38,221 nucleotides of DNA from Paraglomus brasilianum (Eukaryota), in contig CAJVPI010000262.1 in the NCBI GenBank assembly GCA_910592345.1, positions 1-38,221 on the forward strand. The letters run 5' to 3'. A program made the position numbers and the translations under genes. The notes under the pieces are model-generated. The model saw nothing but the letters and a program-made list of their open reading frames with translations, was not told the DNA's origin and did no database searches. This document shows positions 34,335 through 38,221 of the stretch, one piece after another. The first letter of the stretch is position 1, and every line of letters begins with the position of its first letter.

Positions 34335-35842
34335 ATGGTCGAATCAACTGTATCTTCAGCACGACAGCGTTTAGAACCATATTTACTCCTCGCCAAGTCA
34401 ACAAAAGGCGCTGCAGCAGTGCAACTTATCAAAGAAGTACTGGCTAAGCCCGGAGTGTATGTGTTTGCAGAGCTCCTAAAGGCAGATAATATTAAAGAGG
34501 TACGATCATTGCGGGCCACTTAATGTAAACATTCGACGTTTATTTGATTCGAGTCAGAACTTCAGCGAAGAGTGGAGAGCTGGAGACTTAACGGTTGTAC
34601 GTAGATAGAATTAATGCAACGTAATGGAGGGGGATTAAAGTGGTTATATGTAATAAACTCGAGAGAGATAAAGGGCAAATATCTTTTGTACATATTGTAA
34701 TTCCTAATTTATTGGCTCTCACAACTCTGTTAGCTCGATAACGATGAAAACTATAAGCAATATTACACTCTTCTTCGGTTATTCTCATATGGAACGTATA
34801 AAGATTATAAAGGTATGCTTTGTGACTGCTGCAAATAAGTTTCGTATTTGTTTGTTTTGTTTGAATATTGTTGGTAATTTTGCTGATTTCAAAAGATTTC
34901 TTGAAGAAAACAGAGATTCACTTCCCCAATTGGATAATGCTCAATTAAATAAGCTTAAACATCTCTCCATTGTATCTTTATCTGAAACTACTCGGGTGAG
35001 TATATATTTTCAAGCCCGATAGTCGTATTTCATTTGTTGTACTAGTTTGTATTTAATTGTATTGTATGTCTCCGATGCAGACTATTCCATATTCTCGGTT
35101 GTTAGAATACTTGGATATCCCGAACGTGCGTGAACTCGAAGATTTAATTATTGAAGCTATTTACCAAGGAGTAGTCAAAGGCAAATTAGATCAGAAGAAG
35201 AAGCAACTCGGGGTCGAGTATACAATGGGAAGAGACCTCAGACCTGGTCAAATTGACCAGATGTTGAAAGTACTCGCTGACTGGTAAAAATAGTTTGATC
35301 GTTTCCATCAACCGGCGTAGCCTCATTAACACTATCATTCTTCGAATATCCTGTCGATCCCCGTTTTCGCCAACAGGTCCACAACATCCGAAGAAATGCT
35401 AAAAGCTATTGATGACAAAATTGTAGAAATCCGGGATGCACAAACAGCCAATAAACTTGAGAGAGAGGAATATGAAAGAGAAGTCGAACGCTCTCGTAAG
35501 GAAGTGACTAAATCATCCAAGAACAGTGATCGTGGACCATCCGATATGGACATAATGACCGGTGTCGCTATGCAGCTGGAACAGTCGAGTTCTATTGACA
35601 TTGACGAAAACCCACGACGTGGCAAGAGGTGAGTTTGCTATTTTGTTTTGCTTTGAGAGGTTCATAATCATGGGTAAAGGTGGGTGGTAATAGGCACTTT
35701 GTTAAGATATGAAATATTATAAACCGTGTGACAGGAAACGCAGTCTACGACGTCATTGAAAACAATGAACGTTTGCTTTTTCTTTTTATAATCAATATCA
35801 AATAGTAGGGGACCGAAACGATTCTTAGGGAGAAATAAATGA
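34335..35842 (+). CDS. CSN7: COP9 signalosome subunit 7, PCI domain (about 6 exons; last exon inferred)
   Basis: LEPYLLLAKSTKGAAAVQLIKEVLAKPGVYVFAELL, LLRLFSYGTYKDY, LPQLDNAQLNKLKHLSIVSL, IPYSRLLEYLDIPNVRELEDLIIEAIYQGVVKGKLDQ and GRDLRPGQ..MLKVLADW, linked by GT-AG introns. Short basic terminal exon GPKRFLGRNK-stop. Confidence 0.93.
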
Positions 35843-38221
35843 CGTCGAAAATATAATATTGGCCATTTGCATTGATTGCCATGTGTTAGGAAAGCGAGTG
35901 GACTGACTTTTCACATGCATTGACTCATATTTGGCCGAGTTTGAATACAACGCCTACTATTTATAGTATATTATTCCCATCGTTTTACCAAACGTTTGGC
36001 GAAGAATAGAACAAGAGTTGAAATAAATAGATTGGAAGTGAAACTATGGCGTTTGATACCTGTTTTGATTCAAGTAATTGTTACGCGCTTAATGTGCATC
36101 TCTCCGGGTCCTTCTATTCCGAAGTTGGCAAATGGCACCAATCTATGTGAAGATCAGGCGGGAAGACAGCGTTTTACGATTGTACGAAGTCGATCAGCAA
36201 ATAAAACTTAGAAGTCAATGTTGGGATACCTGTGCAGCTATTGGATGCAGTAAGCTTTATGTGAGCTGACACCGTCATAATATTCTGGGCCGTTTCATCA
36301 ACGCAGAAGAGATATCAGTCAAAGTGATACATAATCTCAGGATCTTATTTTAATTGGTATTATATTCGCGTCTAGTGAGTTAGTATACATACAAGAATAC
36401 GCCATGCATATTCTATCTTTGGCATCGTTATGCGCCACGAACAAAAATTAAGGCTGGTGCAGGAATTATAATTTGTCACGTAAAACGGGTGGATAAAGTT
36501 TCGTTTTTGTTTGATACACGTAGATCGGCAAGTACCCCAAATTTTAAGCCACGTTTTTTCCGATAAGAAATATAGGTTTCGTCTAACCATAGTAATAGTA
36601 TACCCTACCCAGTTGAAGCGCAAGAATGGCGTTTATCAGTCTTAAAGGACATAAATTCCAGTCCCAAAACCTGCAATGCTTAATATTTATTAGAGCTCGC
36701 ACATGAAATCCTATAATTTGATCAGTATTTTTTTCATATAATAATTGATACAGTACATTTCGAATCGCAATAGTGATATATTGTAATTCATCTATCTAGT
36801 TTACAAGTTTTATTATCATCGGGCGCAGTAACTATATGCGAGTTGTGATTTGTTTGCTTGGTCTAAATGCTGTTTTTAAAAAATAAGACATCATTAAATA
36901 AACTCAGTTGCAATTAGTAAAAACGATACAAGGAATATGCGCTGAATCTAGCTGCTGTATTTTTCTAACAAGAGACATAATCTATGTTAGGAAATGAGGC
37001 TTATTATTATGTCCAGTGTTTAATTAAGTGACTTGGCGTGTCGTACGCAAAGTGCTATTATAAATGCCATGATTGAATCATTGCTATTGTCTATTCCATG
37101 TTTGGCCAAAAAGCAGTCAACCAATCAAGCTGGTTAATGCAGTCACTGATCAACAATCAATGTTCCGTTCCGGTTTCTTCCTTTGACAGCTTTTTTGAAT
37201 TGTTGTTACACACTCCTGCATTATCGTTATACCGATAACCTTTACTGATGTATATCAAAAACGGAACTCAAAAACTTAATGTCTGTGTGACATAAAAAAT
37301 ATTCCTATTACAGTAATATTAATATTAACGCAGATTTTTTATCCTTATTATTATTATTATCACCATATAAACTATCATTACTCTTACAACGCAAGTATGA
37401 AGGCATCGTCGGCCAAAATAATTGGAAGAAAAATATCTGTATGAGCTATGGAATGCGTAAAATTTCTTTCGCGATATTCGTGCTCTACATCGATTTTGTT
37501 GTTCTGCATTCTGCAATGCGATTGATGCGAAGTCACCGTCGTTGACTGGCGACACAAATGCAATCTTATCGTCATTGGGATAATTATAGTCCAGTGTGAG
37601 GACTAATGTTAACCTAGATCGAAGCACAATAAATAGATAGAGAGAAAGATTCTATTCTAAATAAAAGTGGTTTGACTTATACTACATGCTTATTATGGGA
37701 GAAACGATAACTATGACTAAAGTCTGTGGCTAAAAATCGTGAAAGGTACTTGTTAACCTTTTATATATTAACTGGTGGTGCTGTATTTATAAGTTATGAT
37801 TAACTGAACGTTTTGGTCATTGATTTACTAATATTAGCTCAGACGATTAGTGTGATTATGTCGAATAAATACCACAATAAGCTTATTTTGGAACAATTTA
37901 GTGTTAAATCTGAAGACCAATATTAGATGGTTCTGATTATATATATTACTGTTGAGCCAACATTAGAGAACCCATTAAAAAAGCATTGCCATTATATCTT
38001 GTCTACACTCTATTACTATAGATCACTGCAAAATCTAAGAAACTGGCAACAAAGTTGTTCAAATTTTTAATCTATACACAAAAGTTTTTTTATTGATCGC
38101 TTAACTCTTATCTTATTTGCATTTGTTTAAACGCTTTTCCTAACTACAGTGGATACCAAAAAGTTTGTGAATTTTTCACATGATCACCCTAAATCCGAAT
38201 AAGCACGAAAATTCTGATCAT

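Noticed and set aside
17138..35625. Antisense or alternative-frame ORFs inside the gene block (e.g. 17138-17530, 17841-18242, 21526-21795, 23657-23983, 35335-35625)
   Set aside because: They are shadows of well-supported genes on the opposite strand or in another frame.
35900..38221. ORFs 35996-36211, 36372-36623 and 37325-37627
   Set aside because: No recognisable motifs. The 37380-37620 segment might be an exon or pseudo-exon but cannot be supported from sequence alone.
1..38221. tRNA, rRNA and spliceosomal snRNA genes
   Set aside because: No convincing cloverleaf/T-loop, rRNA or U1/U2/U5/U6 signature seen by eye. A covariance-model scan would be needed to exclude them.

Overview
Eukaryotic, intron-rich, AT-rich DNA, most consistent with an early-diverging fungus (Mucoromycota-like; inferred from gene content and GT-AG introns mostly ~60-110 nt). 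About 1-13.9 kb has no recognisable intact host gene. It holds decayed, repeat-bearing accessory DNA: a MITE-like inverted-repeat element, an orphan intronless ORF, a 130-bp tandem duplication and a degenerate ~40-60-bp tandem array next to a C-rich hairpin. About 13.96-35.84 kb is a compact block of eight spliced genes in strict strand alternation, forming four head-to-head pairs: RAD54/ATG9, RBFA-like/LRRC58-LRRC28-like, RPN12/APC1 and RNF34-RFFL-like/CSN7. Six of the eight act in ubiquitin, proteasome or autophagy pathways. Three (RBFA-like, LRRC58/28-like, RNF34-like) belong to families best known from animals and not from budding yeast. Exon boundaries were read by eye and family calls come from recognised motifs, not database searches.
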